From: Amphiscolops sp. MND2022
Lineage: Eukaryota
NCBI GenBank assembly: GCA_964187785.1
Contig: OZ076409.1
Coordinates: 35,094,001 to 35,158,000, forward strand
Direction of reading: 5' to 3'
DNA: 64,000 nucleotides
Notes under the pieces: generated by a model
What the model was told of the DNA's origin: nothing
What the model saw: only the letters and a program-made list of their open reading frames with translations
Databases searched by the model: none
Translations under genes and position numbers: made by a program
Shown: piece by piece, positions 26,688-39,777 of the stretch
How positions within the stretch are numbered: position 1 is the first letter of the stretch
How the letters are laid out: each line of letters starts with the position of its first letter

Positions 26688-27028
26688 CGGGAACGTTTAT
26701 TTAGGCCCGAAAAACTGAGGCCCGAAAATTTGTTCATCGAAATTATTATTATAACGTAGTCAGCTATATTCACATACCCATAGTGCCCTAAATACGAGAG
26801 CGAAGCGAAGCAGAGCGACGTGCCATATGGCCATGCCTCAATGTTGCTACTTGGCGAAGGGAGCGAAGCGACCGAGCCATACATCAAATATGCTAACCTT
26901 TTCAAATAAATCAAGTTATATACATATTGACTGATATAATTATCTGAGGCTAATAGTCACGAATTGATCGGGCCTCAAATTACACTAGCTTCGGGCCTCA
27001 ATTTTTTGGGCCTCAAATATGCTACCCC
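26688..27028. mobile_element. Palindromic MITE-like element
   Basis: Long imperfect inverted arms built of aggcccgaaaa / ttcgggcctca motifs, with central gagcgaagcga motifs. Confidence 0.6.
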
Positions 27029-27225
27029 TCTCGTCCAAGCGGCTGTTAGAAGTTACTGTTTCAGTTGTTTTATACAAATCTGTCACTCTTTTAAATAGCC
27101 ACAGCTATTGTCAATTATTACGTCGTAAGCACGGACTAAAAAGGAATTTTGATTGATTTACCAACTGAAATGGATTAGCGATCCATTGACTAATGGATGT
27201 AGAAAATGTGACCCACACTTCTCCG

Positions 27226-27604
27226 TGACATCAATGATGAAACTCATGAAGAAACTCATTGAAGAAAAAGAAACAGAGTCGAAATATTACATATAGTGAA
27301 GATCCCGATCTGACGTGAAACAAACTCGGCTGCGTGACTTAATTATGATGGCTTCAAGTGGCGTGACTCATGAATTTAGTATAACCACCCGACATCGTAT
27401 CTTCCCTGAGTCACGACCAATTAGCACCGGAAGCGGGGTAACTCAACGCCTATTTAACGCCTATTCAAAAAGACCATTTTCAGGGAAGGACGAGATCGGT
27501 CGTCATTTGTAGACAATTCGATCTAATCCCTGACCCTATGGGAATTAATTTGGCGAGTAGGAACGGCGTTACCCCTGAGCAAACAATCCCTGATTTGCAT
27601 GTCA
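27226..27604. mobile_element. Possible short solo LTR (379 bp)
   Basis: TGACAT...ATGTCA termini, TGACTCA and CCAAT motifs and a TATTTAA box. No TSD. Confidence 0.3.
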
Positions 27605-27607
27605 ATC

Positions 27608-29117
27608 AAAACAGGAGCGAGGTACGATCACCAAAACTTGCGCAAAACTTTCATGGATAGACCCTACATGGAATACAAACAATACGGAAATGTTCAAAGT
27701 CGGTGACAGAAGGCTCAAAAGAAGGCTATACAGAAGGCTCAAAAAGCGCCAAGTTTTGGAGACATCGGCCTTCTCCTGATTAAAGCGCAAAACTTCGGAC
27801 ATAACGTCAAATTTCGGATAAAGCGCACAAATTTCGATCCTCGGCTTCCTCCGCAGTAAAACAAGACGGGAACGTCTAAAGTCGGCGCTATATCTAAGGC
27901 TCAAAAAAGCGCTAAGTTTTTAAACTTGTAAAAGGGGGGACCCTTTCAGCTTTTTGAAAATCCAGTCTGTTGCAAAATATCAAAAATAATTGGAGACAAA
28001 AAAAAATCGGAAATTTTTTTGAAAAAACTTTCGAAAAAACGAAAAATGAGAATTTTGAAACAGTCTCACAGTGCCGAAAACTAGAGAGGGGGGACCCTTT
28101 GGGCTTTTTGGAACTTCAGTTTGCTGCAAAATATCAGAAAACTTGAAGGGGGACCGTTTGGCGACAAAAAAAAATTCGAAAAAAAAGTCGCACAGTGCCG
28201 AAAAAAATTCAAAGGGGGGACCCTGTAGTTCCGTCCGGTTTTGTATCTTACGTTAAAAATTGAGTACACGAAAGGGGGGACCCTTTGCAGTAACTCAGAT
28301 ATGATTCCGCTTGCCGGTGCAGTACTTTTAGTAGTTCTGTAAAAAGTGTCCACTACGCATACATTCTGTGGTCTGACGAAAAAAAAAGAAAAAAAAACTT
28401 GCCACTGTAATAGTCGGGCTCATTTTCTTCTAAAATGCGCCGACTAAAAATAGTTCGGATATAACGTCAAAAGTTCGGATACAGCGTGCTAAGATAAAAT
28501 GGAGCATTGTTTTCGAACATCCGCCTCCTCCTTAGTCAAACGCAAAGTAGTTCGGATATATTGTCAAAAGTTCAGATATCTCTCAATGTTTTCGAACTAC
28601 AAAACTACCCCGAACTTCCTCGTCTTTAGTGAAACGCAAGTTACTTCGGATATAACGTCGAAAATTCGGAAGGTTTTTAAAGAAATGATTGGATATATAT
28701 TGAGAGAAGGTGACATCAGACAAAAAATTAGAATTTTGAACAGTCTCAAAATAACGAAAAATGTAGGAGGGACCCTTTGAGCTTTTTAGCATCCAATTTG
28801 CTGCAAAATATCACGCAAATTGAAAAGGACTCTTAGGAGATCTTCAAAAACAAGTCTCACGGTGACGAAATAGTGAAAGGGGAGACATCTTAGTCTCGTT
28901 CGGTTTTGTATGTTTCGTTGAAAAAAAAAGAAAAATGAAAGGGAATTACACCTTAGATGCTTTTCCGCTGGCCGGATATGACCGGGCCAGTAGTTCAGTC
29001 AGTAGTTTTCGTAGTTTCTCTAAAAAGTGTCTCTAAGCATGCACTCTGTTGTCTGGCAAGAAAACTAGGCTCTGTAACCATCGCATTCATTTTATTTCAA
29101 AATGCGCGGATCAAAAA
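27608..29117 (-). mobile_element. Older HINE-like copy with a younger HINE (27860-28450) nested in it
   Basis: Inner copy AACAAGACGGGAACGTCTAAAGTCGGCGC...GCGCCGACTAAAAA. Both flanks carry the gttcggatataacgtc repeats of the older copy. Confidence 0.7.
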
Positions 29118-30959
29118 GACATTCGCAACATTGATACATACCCAGGTTGGTTTACCTAAGGCATATGGCGTAACTTGTGGAGGAAAAACTTTTGACCTTG
29201 AGGTCCAACACTGCAAACCAATGATTTTGAATGACGTCACTATCCAACCCGTATGGGGTCAGAATGATATCCTATCTAGGGACACCCAGTCTAAAGAAAA
29301 CAAGCGGTGAGGAAATTATGTAAGGTAACTCGAGAGCTCTTGAACCTATGATCACATAATTCAGCATGTGAAACTTCCAGGAAATTGAAACAACTTCACG
29401 GTCAGAGGTGGACCTCAAGGTCACTGCAGCGCGGCCACTGATCAGAAGAATGTACGTTAAAACAGAAATCGATCCATTTAACGAGAATTTATTCATTTTA
29501 ACTGAACGTGAGGATTCTTGATATGAGCCCAGTCATTCGGAGGGATCCCACACTCACTGCTGAGGAAAATGTAAAATCATGTTAAGGAAGGTTACGGAGC
29601 GGTTGCGGCTATGTCAGGAATATCGCGATTACATCGGATTGTCTAAGAATATAGATGTAATTCAAGTCGATAAAGTCGATATACCATACACTCGGGAATG
29701 TTTACTTGAAATGTGGTTAGGAAGGTCTCATGTTATCGAAACAGGTCGTCACAAAGACTTTAATTATTAAAGTAACAAACTGAATGTACACGAATTATTT
29801 TCTTCGTGGACATAATTGAAGCCTTGGGGCAAAATTTCGGTCGATATGAACAAATGAACGCAGTCCGAACGTAATTGTCATTATTATGAATTTCAACTGT
29901 CCCTGTCTGGGAACGAACCCAACAGGAGAGCCGGGCAGATCCTTGTTCGTAGAGCCCTATATGTGAAGATAAAAGAAATTTTTGGAGGCTGAACACAAGA
30001 AAGCTTTTGCCTAAAGGATAACACTCAAAGTTGTTGCATCTACATGGAAGTTGTACTACCACTCTTTAGCTCTCGAGCTCATTGTGATTCCGAAGTAAAT
30101 CTGATTTTTAAATGCTAATTGTCTGTGATTCATATAAGATTATTGTTTTTACTCTGAGTCTCTTGTAATTGGAACAGTTTTCAAGATAGTGCTGAAGCTT
30201 TGATTTACCTAGCGGGGATCCTGTAAAAGGAAATTCATAAACCAATGACAGAAAAAAACATCAATTGTTCGTTTAAAGGTTCAAAAACGCTCCCATTTTG
30301 TCTCAGAACGCTATTAGCGAACTTTTGACGTTTAATCCGAAGAACCTTGAGTCTTACCAAGAGGAAGCGAAGGTTGAAAACTACTCCGCCTTTTCCAAAC
30401 TTTGATGATGCATCAGAAGTAAGTTGCGCACTATTAAGGAGTAGGCAGACGTTCGGATTTTATCAGTTTCAAGGTTTCGCTTCCTTCTAAATTCGAAAAA
30501 AGCTCACTACAAATGCTTTTTGAAGTTATAACCGAAGTAATTAAACTTTCCGGTGAGAACAACTAGATAAAGGTGACATATATATTCGGCACCTATTATT
30601 CTACCTGCCAAACCTGGACGACGACACCCTTGAACCCATCTTAGAAGACGATCTACAAACTGATGAACAACTACGAAGAAAATCCACTCAGTATTCCGCA
30701 CCCTTGCCACGTGCGAGAAGATTTTATCCCCCGCAAGAAACTACCTGTAAACTTCAGAGATGCCTTTCTAAACTATGACTCAGTCATAATACAAATGAAT
30801 TTTGATAGCTCTTTTTCCCAAATTCCTCTTGCTAATATAACTCTCCTCATTTTCCACCTGTTCTCCAAAGCCCCCATTTTTGACCCTTCCTCAAACCCGC
30901 TCATCTTTGACATAATCCCTAAATTCTCTCATCCATTTTAACCCTGCCAGGGGGTGAGC

Positions 30960-32648
30960 TGTCGCGTTATGACTAACGCTTTACGATCAGTAATTGAAAA
31001 GCAACTGCAACAAAAAAGGAGCTTAACAAAAACATCTGAAATAATAAAAATCTCAATAATCATCCCAGGGCTACAGTACCGTTTTTATTCAAAAGTGACT
31101 TGCATAAATACGAAGAATAACAATCATCTTTGTGCTACAGCGCAGTTTATGATTAGAAACACCTGATCTAATAAAATACTCAACAATCTTCCAAACTTGC
31201 ACAAATTGAAAAACTCTATTGTTTACAGCGGTGAATTAGATTTTAAGCTAAGCAGTGATAGGTTGCTTGCAAAATATGCCGGCCAGGCACCTCAGCAGAA
31301 GTGCCGAACTTTTTTTATACTGCGTGCACAGGCCGGAGCTTCACTCTTCCCGCCAGCCGGCAAAGCTTCAACTGAAAGAAGCTCTCTCCATTTTTCGCTT
31401 CTCCTGCTTTTCTCTTCACTTGCTCCAAATCTTGAATTTTTTCTGTCTCTTGGACTTCACAAGTCTATCTCATTTTCTTCCCCTCTTTTGCTTTGGCTCT
31501 CATCTCAAAACAATTTCTATTGTCTCAAATTCGCTAAGTCAAACTCCCCCACTTTCTCTTCTAACCGATTTGGTCCCCGATTTGGCGAGTCTAAAATAAC
31601 TTAGTTTTCTTGTGGAGATATTTGACTCTTACATTTTCTAATTTCAATTCATTCTTAGAAAAATTCCGCTGATTTCACTGCGCGGTTGTTCAAATTTTAT
31701 CTTAGATTAGGTCCACTGATTTAACTCAGCGGTTGTTTAAATTTGTTTAAACTTTACCTTAGAAAAATTCCACATTCCACTGACTTTACTCAGTGGGTAT
31801 TTTAAATTCTATCCTAGAAATTTCCACTGTTTTCACTCAGGGGGTGGTAAAATTCTATCTAAGCATAATTGCACTGCTTTTACAAAGTGGTTGTTAAAAT
31901 TCTGTCTTAGAAAAATTCCGCTGATTCTATTGAGCGGCTGCTAAATTTCTATATTAGAATAAGAAGTAATTATTTGGTTAGCGTTTTACAAGTATTGCAT
32001 TAGTCATTTCACCAAGTTTATCTTATAATTTTGTTTTCTATCAAAAGTCTTAATTCTCTTTCAATACCCAACTGAACAGTGACTTTGAAAACTAAAACTC
32101 GTCAGTTTGAACTATCACTAACTATAACTTATATTTTTACGGAGCTAAACTAAGACGTTTTCAAAATGGAAATGTAAAGGTTCCAATACTATCTGTATAT
32201 TCTTTCCGATAAGACTGATAAAGCTACTTTGGTGATGAAATAATATACATTGTAAAATCTCAACTGAATATAGCTAAGAATGGAATAAGTACTGCTTTTC
32301 CTAGAAAAATTTTCAGACATAACTTCAGCTTCCCCCTTAATAATTCAACGTCTTTGCGCCCATTGATTTTTTTCGTAAACAGACCGCTCGTTTGCGTAAA
32401 CAGTCTTGCACCTAATCACGCAATTCCTTTGTTCGCACGTACACGCATGACACTTCCTCTTTAGTATAACACGGAGTAAGCGTTTGAGACTTTCTTACTC
32501 ACTCCTAATCAAAAATAGAACAGTCGCCTGAAATAACTTTACAAAATGCTAAAGCTGCTGAACTGACTAATATTGATAGTGATTGAACAGTCCCTTAAAA
32601 AAGAGAAAGCAGAAAATATTAAAGTAAAATTTACCCATGCGTGCGACA
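30960..32648 (+). repeat. Complete LTR (1689 bp)
   Basis: TGTCGC...GCGACA termini, preceded by AGGGGGTGAGC and followed by AAC-TGG PBS. Contains a ~42-bp tandem array at ~31655-31960. Confidence 0.8.
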
Positions 32649-32651
32649 AAC

Positions 32652-32668
32652 TGGTGCGACCAGTGAGG
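32652..32668 (+). promoter_or_regulatory. Primer-binding site
   Basis: TGGTGCGACCAGTGAGG. The complement CCTCAC-TGGTCGCA-CCA has tRNA 3'-end geometry (T-stem CTCAC, as in elongator Met/Ile tRNAs). tRNA identity is inferred. Confidence 0.7.
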
Positions 32669-35084
32669 CCCATTCTCTTAATTCAAAAGTAAATGAGCGC
32701 TTTTGGTAAATACCTAGTCATCGACGTTATGGTTTACTACTTACCCACTCTGATTTCGTTCTTTACTTTGTTTCTTTGCTTGCCACAACATGTTACAACG
32801 TTACCAGGGAAATCGCCCATTTCCGAGACAACAATCAGCAATAGAACACGCAGCCCTCACGGCCCAGCTTCTGGAATCACCTCGATGGAAAACCAGCATT
32901 TTCTGACGCCCACCTCGCCTGGTCAACCGTCAACTCCCAACCAACTGGCATTGAGACAACACTTCAAACCGCAATACAACCTTTTGCTATACCAAGAAAA
33001 TAGGTCCCCTGAAATTTTTTCCCAAATAACGCAGCTCCGAATATGTCAACTACGTCAAACACTCTCATACGCCACGACGACCCCCAACTAACTCTATCAC
33101 CCCCAACCCTTGCAAAAGTGTCTACAATAGGTGGAATGGAACGTATCAAGTTGGATCAAATCGCCGTCACACATCTGAGAACAGCCCGGTTGCCACACCC
33201 TTTTCACAGAAATTATTACCACTGGGCCACCACAGAACCCTTTGATTTGCAACCTCTCGAATTGCCTCCACTCTTGGCAACAGTCACAATTTATTGGAAC
33301 GGATGTTCTAAACAAGAAAGTAATAAATTTGTATCTGTTTTCGTTGAAATCCGAGAGCCTGACCGCAAAATTTTCTCCATCTCCTTCCTTGTACGGTTAT
33401 TTTACAGAAACTTCAAGAACAAAAACGGGCAGTCACCGCACCGAAACTCCAAATTAACGCCTTAGGGAAACAGCATCGAAGGTTGAATCAAGTCCTTCCT
33501 GCCCCTCACTATTTTCACGCTACTCTAGCCAACGACAATGTCGTCACTTTCACTTTCGGCATTCTCATCAAACGTTTTAACCTCCGCTTAGTGTTGTGCC
33601 AGCTAAGCTGTTGGTTTGATATTACAGCCTGCCTTTTTACGGCCTTACAACGGATCCAAACTTTAAACAAAACAATTATCCTGATTGAATACAAAAGACT
33701 GAAAAACTTCAAAAAAATATATATTTGGCTTCCACATCTTATGCGGCCATTACGCGCACGTTGTGGTATCACAACGTCAACGCATAACCTCGCTAGCGTT
33801 GGTAAAAAACTGCCAGTCACTCATTGCCTCTGTTATGAGATGACCCAAAACAAACTCTAGGCCTTGATTAAAGTAGACCAATGCAATGTGGCACCTCAAA
33901 ATCAAAAGGTAAGCAGTGCCAGCGTAACAATATACACTTAACACTTTCGCCGCACTATAAACGCTACTATGTGTCGTGTGAGATATTAGAGTGAAGAATG
34001 GCCATGTGGTTATCACGGCCACTCCAGTATGTCAATCCTCTGCAGTGGAACCGCCAGCGACTTTTTTCTGTCGCCCGAAACAATGGGTGAACGCAGACTT
34101 GCCGGTCGTCCCTGAGCACTGATAGACGCCTTGCTTGGCTTTACGATCGTCGGAAATCCCACTCACGTCTTCAGACGATGAATCAATGCTGTGAACTCAT
34201 CTGTATTTTCTCCAAAGTAGTTGCTGTCGCGGACCCACTCCACTTACCCGCCAAACCTTTCGAAATACGAACGTGCAGACTTCACTAATTGCATCAAGAA
34301 CCTCTTCCAAGGGAAAACATGGAAGAAAAAGATTTTACACTTACTCCGTCGCCTGAAAAATGGGACTGACACGCATTCTCCGGACCTAAAGATATCCACT
34401 CAATGATCACTAGGTCCTCCCCTGGATCACAAAATGCAGGAATGTACACGCCAAACAACTATCTGGTATTTGGTCCAACATCCTCATTAGCGCAGCATTA
34501 TTGAACGCCTTTCAGAAGTTTTTCAGCGAACTCAGTATACCCTCCAAAGCCCATATCGATAAAAAAGATGAAAATGGAAGACGAAAGAGGTAGAACGAAA
34601 GAAAAGAGTAGAACTCCGAAACCTGAAACAAAAAGAAGAGTCAATCTGCCCATCAGAGCAGAGATTTGTTACCCCAATCTAAACAAGGCCTCACAGTTAC
34701 TCAAATTTACTAATCGGAACCTATTATTCTACCTGCCAAACCTGGACGACGACACCCCTGAACCCATCTTAGAAGACGATCTACAAACTGATGAACAACT
34801 ACGAAGAAAATCCACTCAACATGCCGCTCCTTTGCCACATGCGAGATTTTATCCCTCGCAAGAAACTACATGTAAACTTCAGAGATGCCTTTCTATACTA
34901 TGACTCAGTCATAATACAAATAAATTTTAATAGCTTTTTTACCCAAATTTCTCTTGCTAACATAACTCTCCTCATTTTCGACCTGTTCTCCAAACCCCCC
35001 ATTCTTGACCCTTCCCCAAATCCGCTCATCTTTGACATAATCCCTAAATTCTCTCATCTATTTTAACCCTGCCAGGGAGTGAGC

Positions 35085-36520
35085 GGTCGCGTTATGACTA
35101 ACGCTTAACGATCAGTAATTGAAAAACAACTGCAACAAAAAAAGACCTTAACAAAAACACCTGAAATAATAAAAGTCTCAATAATCATCCCAGGGCTACA
35201 GTTCTGTTTTTATTCAAAAAAAACTTGCATAAATACGAAGCATAACAATCATCTTCGTGCTACAGCGCAGTTTATGATTAGAAACGCCTGATCTAATAAA
35301 ATACTCAACAATCTTCCAAACTTGCTTAAATTGAAAAACTCTATTGTTTACAGCGGTGAATTAAATTTTAAGCTAAGCTGTGGTAGGTTGCTTGCAAAAT
35401 TTGCCGGCCAGGCACCTCAGCAGAAGTGCTGAACTGTTTTTATACTGCGTGCACAGGCCGGAGCTTCACTCTTCCCGCCAGCCGGCAAAGCTTCAACTGA
35501 AAGAAGCTCTCTCCCTTTTTCGCTTCTCCTGCTTTTCTCTTCACTTGCTCCAAATCTTGAATTTTTTCTGTCTCTTGGACTTCACAAGTCTATCTCATTT
35601 TCTTCCCCTCTTTTGCTTTGGCTCTCATCTCAAAACAATTTCTATTGTCTCAAATTCGCTAAGTCAAACTCCCCCACTTTCTCTTCTAACCGATTTGGTC
35701 CCCGATTTGGCGAGTCTAAAATAACTTAGTTTTCTTGTGGAGATATTTGACTCTTACATTTTCTAATTTCAATTCATTCTTAGAAAAATTCCGCTGATTT
35801 CACTGCGCGGTTGTTCAAATTTTATCTTAGATTAGGTCCACTGATTTAACTCAGCGGTTGTTTAAATTTGTTTAAACTTTACCTTAGAAAAATCTCACCG
35901 ATTTTACTCAGTGGGTAATTAAATTCTATTTTAGAAAAATTCCACTGATTTCACTCAGGGGGTGGTAAAATTCTATCTAAGCATAATTGCACTGCTTTTA
36001 CTCAGTGGTTGTTAAAATTCTGTCTTAGAAAAATTCCGCTCATTCTATTCAGCGGCTGCTAAATTTCTATATTAGAATTAGGAGTAATAAATTGGTTAGC
36101 GTTTCACAAGTATTGCATAAGTCATTTCACCAAGTATATCTTATAATTTTGTTTTCTATCAAAAGTCCTAATTCTGTTTCAATACCCAACTGAACAGTGA
36201 CTCTAAAAACTAAAACTCGTCAGTTTGAACTATCACTAACTATAACTTATATTTTTTCGGAGCTAAACTAAGACGTTCTCAAAATGGAAATGTAAAGCTT
36301 CCCATTCTATCTGTATATTTTATATATTCTTTCTGATGAGACTGATAAAGCTACTTTGGTGATGAAATAATATACATTGTAAAATCTCAACTGAATATAG
36401 CTAAGAATGGAATAAGTACTGCTATTCCTTTAAAAATTTTCCGACATAACTTCATCTTCACATTAATAATTCAACGTATTTGCTCCCATTGATTTTTTTC
36501 CGTAAACAGGCCGCTCATTT
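35085..36520 (+). repeat. Second LTR copy, first base T>G, 3'-truncated by ~250 bp
   Basis: Colinear with 30960-32393, with scattered substitutions and indels. Confidence 0.8.
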
Positions 36521-38244
36521 ATGTATACAGCACTTATATATACTTTTATATGTATGTATTCAGATGTAAATGGACAAAGATGAAGATATATGGTTACAAA
36601 GCGTTTTGCAATTTCATTGGACATTTCTAGCGTTTTTCGAAACAATGAGTTTCTGTGTTTGAAGTGTACCCTACCAAGGTTGTGTTTTGGCTCCCCAAGA
36701 ATTTCAAACACTTTGCTTGTTTTGAACCTGGTGCCCGACTTGGTCCGTTTCCGGCTCGTTTCCTCTTACCCTTAAAAAGAAAATTTGTACAATGAATTTC
36801 CAAAAATGGAGACTTCAATAATAAATATAGAAGATTCACGAGAGTGACTTTTTTATGAGAAATCGAGGATTGCCTTATTGTTAATATACTTTTTAAAATC
36901 TTTAAACAAATCTTGAACAAGTCTGTTTTGATTCTTCTGGACTTTTTGCTGGTTTTGAGGAAGTAACAGCTGGTGTTGTCGGTATTTTGGCGTTTCTCAT
37001 CGCAAAAATATCTATCGTTTTTCGCTGAAACGGTATTAGCTCCAGCAAGTCTAATTCGAAGCAGGAACACACGTTTGCTTATAATTAATTTACAGCTTTT
37101 ATTTTCATTTTTTATGAATATTAATTAGAAGGAACTTGTGGCCCCTATATTTTGATCTCTTCTTCGTGTGAGGGAGAATAAAATTGTACATTTCTGCCAT
37201 TCTCGTCATTAATAACTCAATGAATTTGAATAAATCAATGTATCGACGAGCAGCAGAGCTTCCCTCAGCATAGCATCGACTGAGTGCTACTTTATTATTT
37301 TTAGTATCATCAGTTTTCGCAGTTATTTTGAAAACCGACCATTAACCAAACCAGATTCTATTCTTTCAGTGCACTTAAAATACCTTTGTTCGTCAGAATG
37401 AGTTACGTCACACAGAACGCAGGCAGAAAGTGTATTGCTTGCTATTCTTCTCTGAATTTTACTTCTACATTTTTGTATACATTTTTTTATTAGGAAAAGT
37501 GCCCAATATCACAATTGTGAATTTCCCGCGATATTTGGTATTTTAAATCTCGATGCGGCAAACTGTACTTATATCATTTTCTATTCTACAGTACCTCTAC
37601 ACTGGTATCCAGTAATAATCGCTATCCAGTAATAATCAGCTCATGGACTCTTCTGATTTGTAGAAAATACAACTTTGAACTAATTAGACCACAAAAATGA
37701 CGTCGACTTGGGCCGTTCTGGCTTTTTTAATCACCACATATAAAGAAAGTTATTTTCTTCTCAAATATTTTCCTTAGTTTACCATCGACCCATAATTTCA
37801 TAGTCAACTCAAATTTCTAGTCACATTTCAAAATTGCACGATTTACGCTTCACTTGAACACGTGTATCGTTGCATTTTCATAGACGTGCTCATGCATATT
37901 TTTTTTGATTCTTCAGTTTTTCCGGCTCATTGTCAAAATAATGATTGATTGATTTCAAACATTGAAAAACATTTTTGAAAGTTAGGAAATCAGATGTCGT
38001 CGTTTGTCTGCCTTGCAATATGCGATACATATCGTATACAGTTGAATAATTTTTTAAAACTGGCTTCCCTGGTATGTATGTCCCTAACATAGGTTTGTAT
38101 GAGATTTCACTCATATCGCAGGCTGCCGCCTTTGACGCCACGAGAATTACAACTTCAGCAACTGGGCGAGAAGCAGCCACAGGTACGCTGCCGATATACT
38201 AAAACTCATCAAACTTTGGAATGAAACTTAGTCTCCTTTTGTTT

Positions 38245-39777
38245 AGTTGCAATTAGTTGCAACCTAACAGTTGCTAGATTATCCAATTGATGAGTGAAAT
38301 ATTGAAACGTAAAATTAGCTGTAAAATTACAATTGCAATGTGAAAGTGAATGACTGCGTAGAAAAACAGAAACGAGTTCAAGTGAGCCGCCGTACTATTA
38401 CGGCAGCGAGACTTTCTGGCAAACAAATAGCCAATCACAGCGCTTCATATATTCTCGCAGTATTATTGCTCGCCGATTACGGCCATTTGACTGTACTTTA
38501 ATTCTGCTTAGTTAGAATTAGGTAATTGGCCCGTTCCGGCCAAATGATGTATTGATGCCATTATTTCACCTATGATGCTCTTATTTTGAGTATCTAGAGC
38601 ACATTAGTCATTGATATGAATAGTGCAATTGGTATTAATGTTGGAAATGGTCATTATTCAATTTGTGTGATATTGGAAATACCAGTCCCCGGACCGACCT
38701 ATTGCGGCTATTATTTGAGATGCAATTTTGTGCCAAATGACCGTGTTAGGCTGCAATGATATTTAATCCCCACACATGTAATTTGAAGTTCTCTCTATTC
38801 TGTAACCTAATATGCCTCGCGTGTCAGCGCGTGCCAAATATTGCGGATGCATATTTGTAGAAACTTATACTGTTTGTTGACGCTTTGAGAGATTCTTTTG
38901 ATCAATAGTGATACGTTGTTTTGTCTGAAGTTGCTCTCAAAACGTTGTGCGATAATTCTCAGAATTCCCCGTTGCTTTGATGTTCTTGGCCGATGACTGT
39001 CGGGTGAATCTTCAAGAATGTAGTAACCAGGATTCATGTGATGTTTCCTCTAATTGATGTAATTAACAAACAGTTGATGACATGCAAAAAATGTGTTCTG
39101 CCTTGAGGGGTTTGTATACCTCCAACCCATTACGTCTGAAACAATCTTTCCGAGCTAACCAGTGTTCAAGACGTTTATGAAACTCTCATTTTCCGATAAC
39201 ATAATCCAAATAATACTATCGGATATTCTTCATTCCTACCACAAGAAAACAGAAAAGTAAATTTAAGAAATCAAGAGAAGCCGATATGTTATCAGATATA
39301 AAGAATATGGACACAATGCTAGGTACCAATCACTTTGGGAGAGACGAAAGTGAACTTAGTAATTCAGTTAGAAGGTCTGAAAGTCCTAGCTTCACATTCT
39401 ATTCCTGGAGAGATTGAGATTAGGAATCTCGCCAGTTACGGCCGCAATTCAGGAGGAACTGAATCTAGTGGTGAATTCAATAGGTTATCGGTGGAGTTGA
39501 ACCAAAGAATCACACAAGAAATGGATGAATTGATGAGTAGCGCAGGTATCCAGATCCAGAGAGCAATAAGTGAAGCTATCAATGAACAGGTTCTGCCTCA
39601 ATTTCAAGCTTCATTAAAAGCCAATTCAGGACAAATGACTCAGAAAGGACAGAGCGTCCCGCCCGAGAGACCGGAACGAAGATCCGAAGAGACTTACAGT
39701 CAGAAAGTCAGAAGTAGGTCTAGGAGTGAGCTCCCTGAAACCGATTTTGTGACGAAGATAGGGAGAACACTCACACA
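38245..39777 (+). mobile_element. Solo-LTR-like segment 3 with gag-like ORF start (ends approximate)
   Basis: Decayed ORF from 39232: (I)PTTRKQKSKFKKSREADMLSDIKNMDTMLG...ELNQRITQEMDELMSSAGIQIQRAISEAINEQV, homologous to 11799-12348. It separates the TM and TIR parts of TLR copy D. Confidence 0.55.

Larger units (their letters stand above)
21050..30150 (-). pseudogene. Toll-like receptor-type pseudogene, copy C
   Basis: N-terminal LPCRCNNFECYP (~30015-30050). LRRs: FPSVWYIDFIDLNYIYIL, FAVLDLKV, VAFKTMKNLDVF, SILKNLKL, VDIMAFEHC. Internal LTLRDYWGNPF (~25785-25817). TM-like AMLGITTAFVYFLTLATFSC (~23443-23502). TIR box1 FNLFVSC (22755-22775), box2 IHYERAFNSG (~22652-22682), FEWCF (~22551-22565). 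Second TIR QRDIFKP (~21514-21534). Confidence 0.7.
30586..36520 (+). mobile_element. Non-autonomous LTR element in tandem arrangement: internal 3' end - LTR - internal - truncated LTR
   Basis: Direct repeat 30586-32393 / 34714-36520 (offset ~4.13 kb). Complete LTR 30960-32648, PBS 32652-32668, internal region 32652-35084 without RT/IN motifs, PPT-like tracts at 30949-30959 and 35074-35084. Confidence 0.8.

Noticed and set aside
30586..32393. Treating the 1.8-kb direct repeats themselves as the LTR pair
   Set aside because: The repeat edges lack TG/CA, PBS and PPT. The true LTR signals are at 30960 and 32648.
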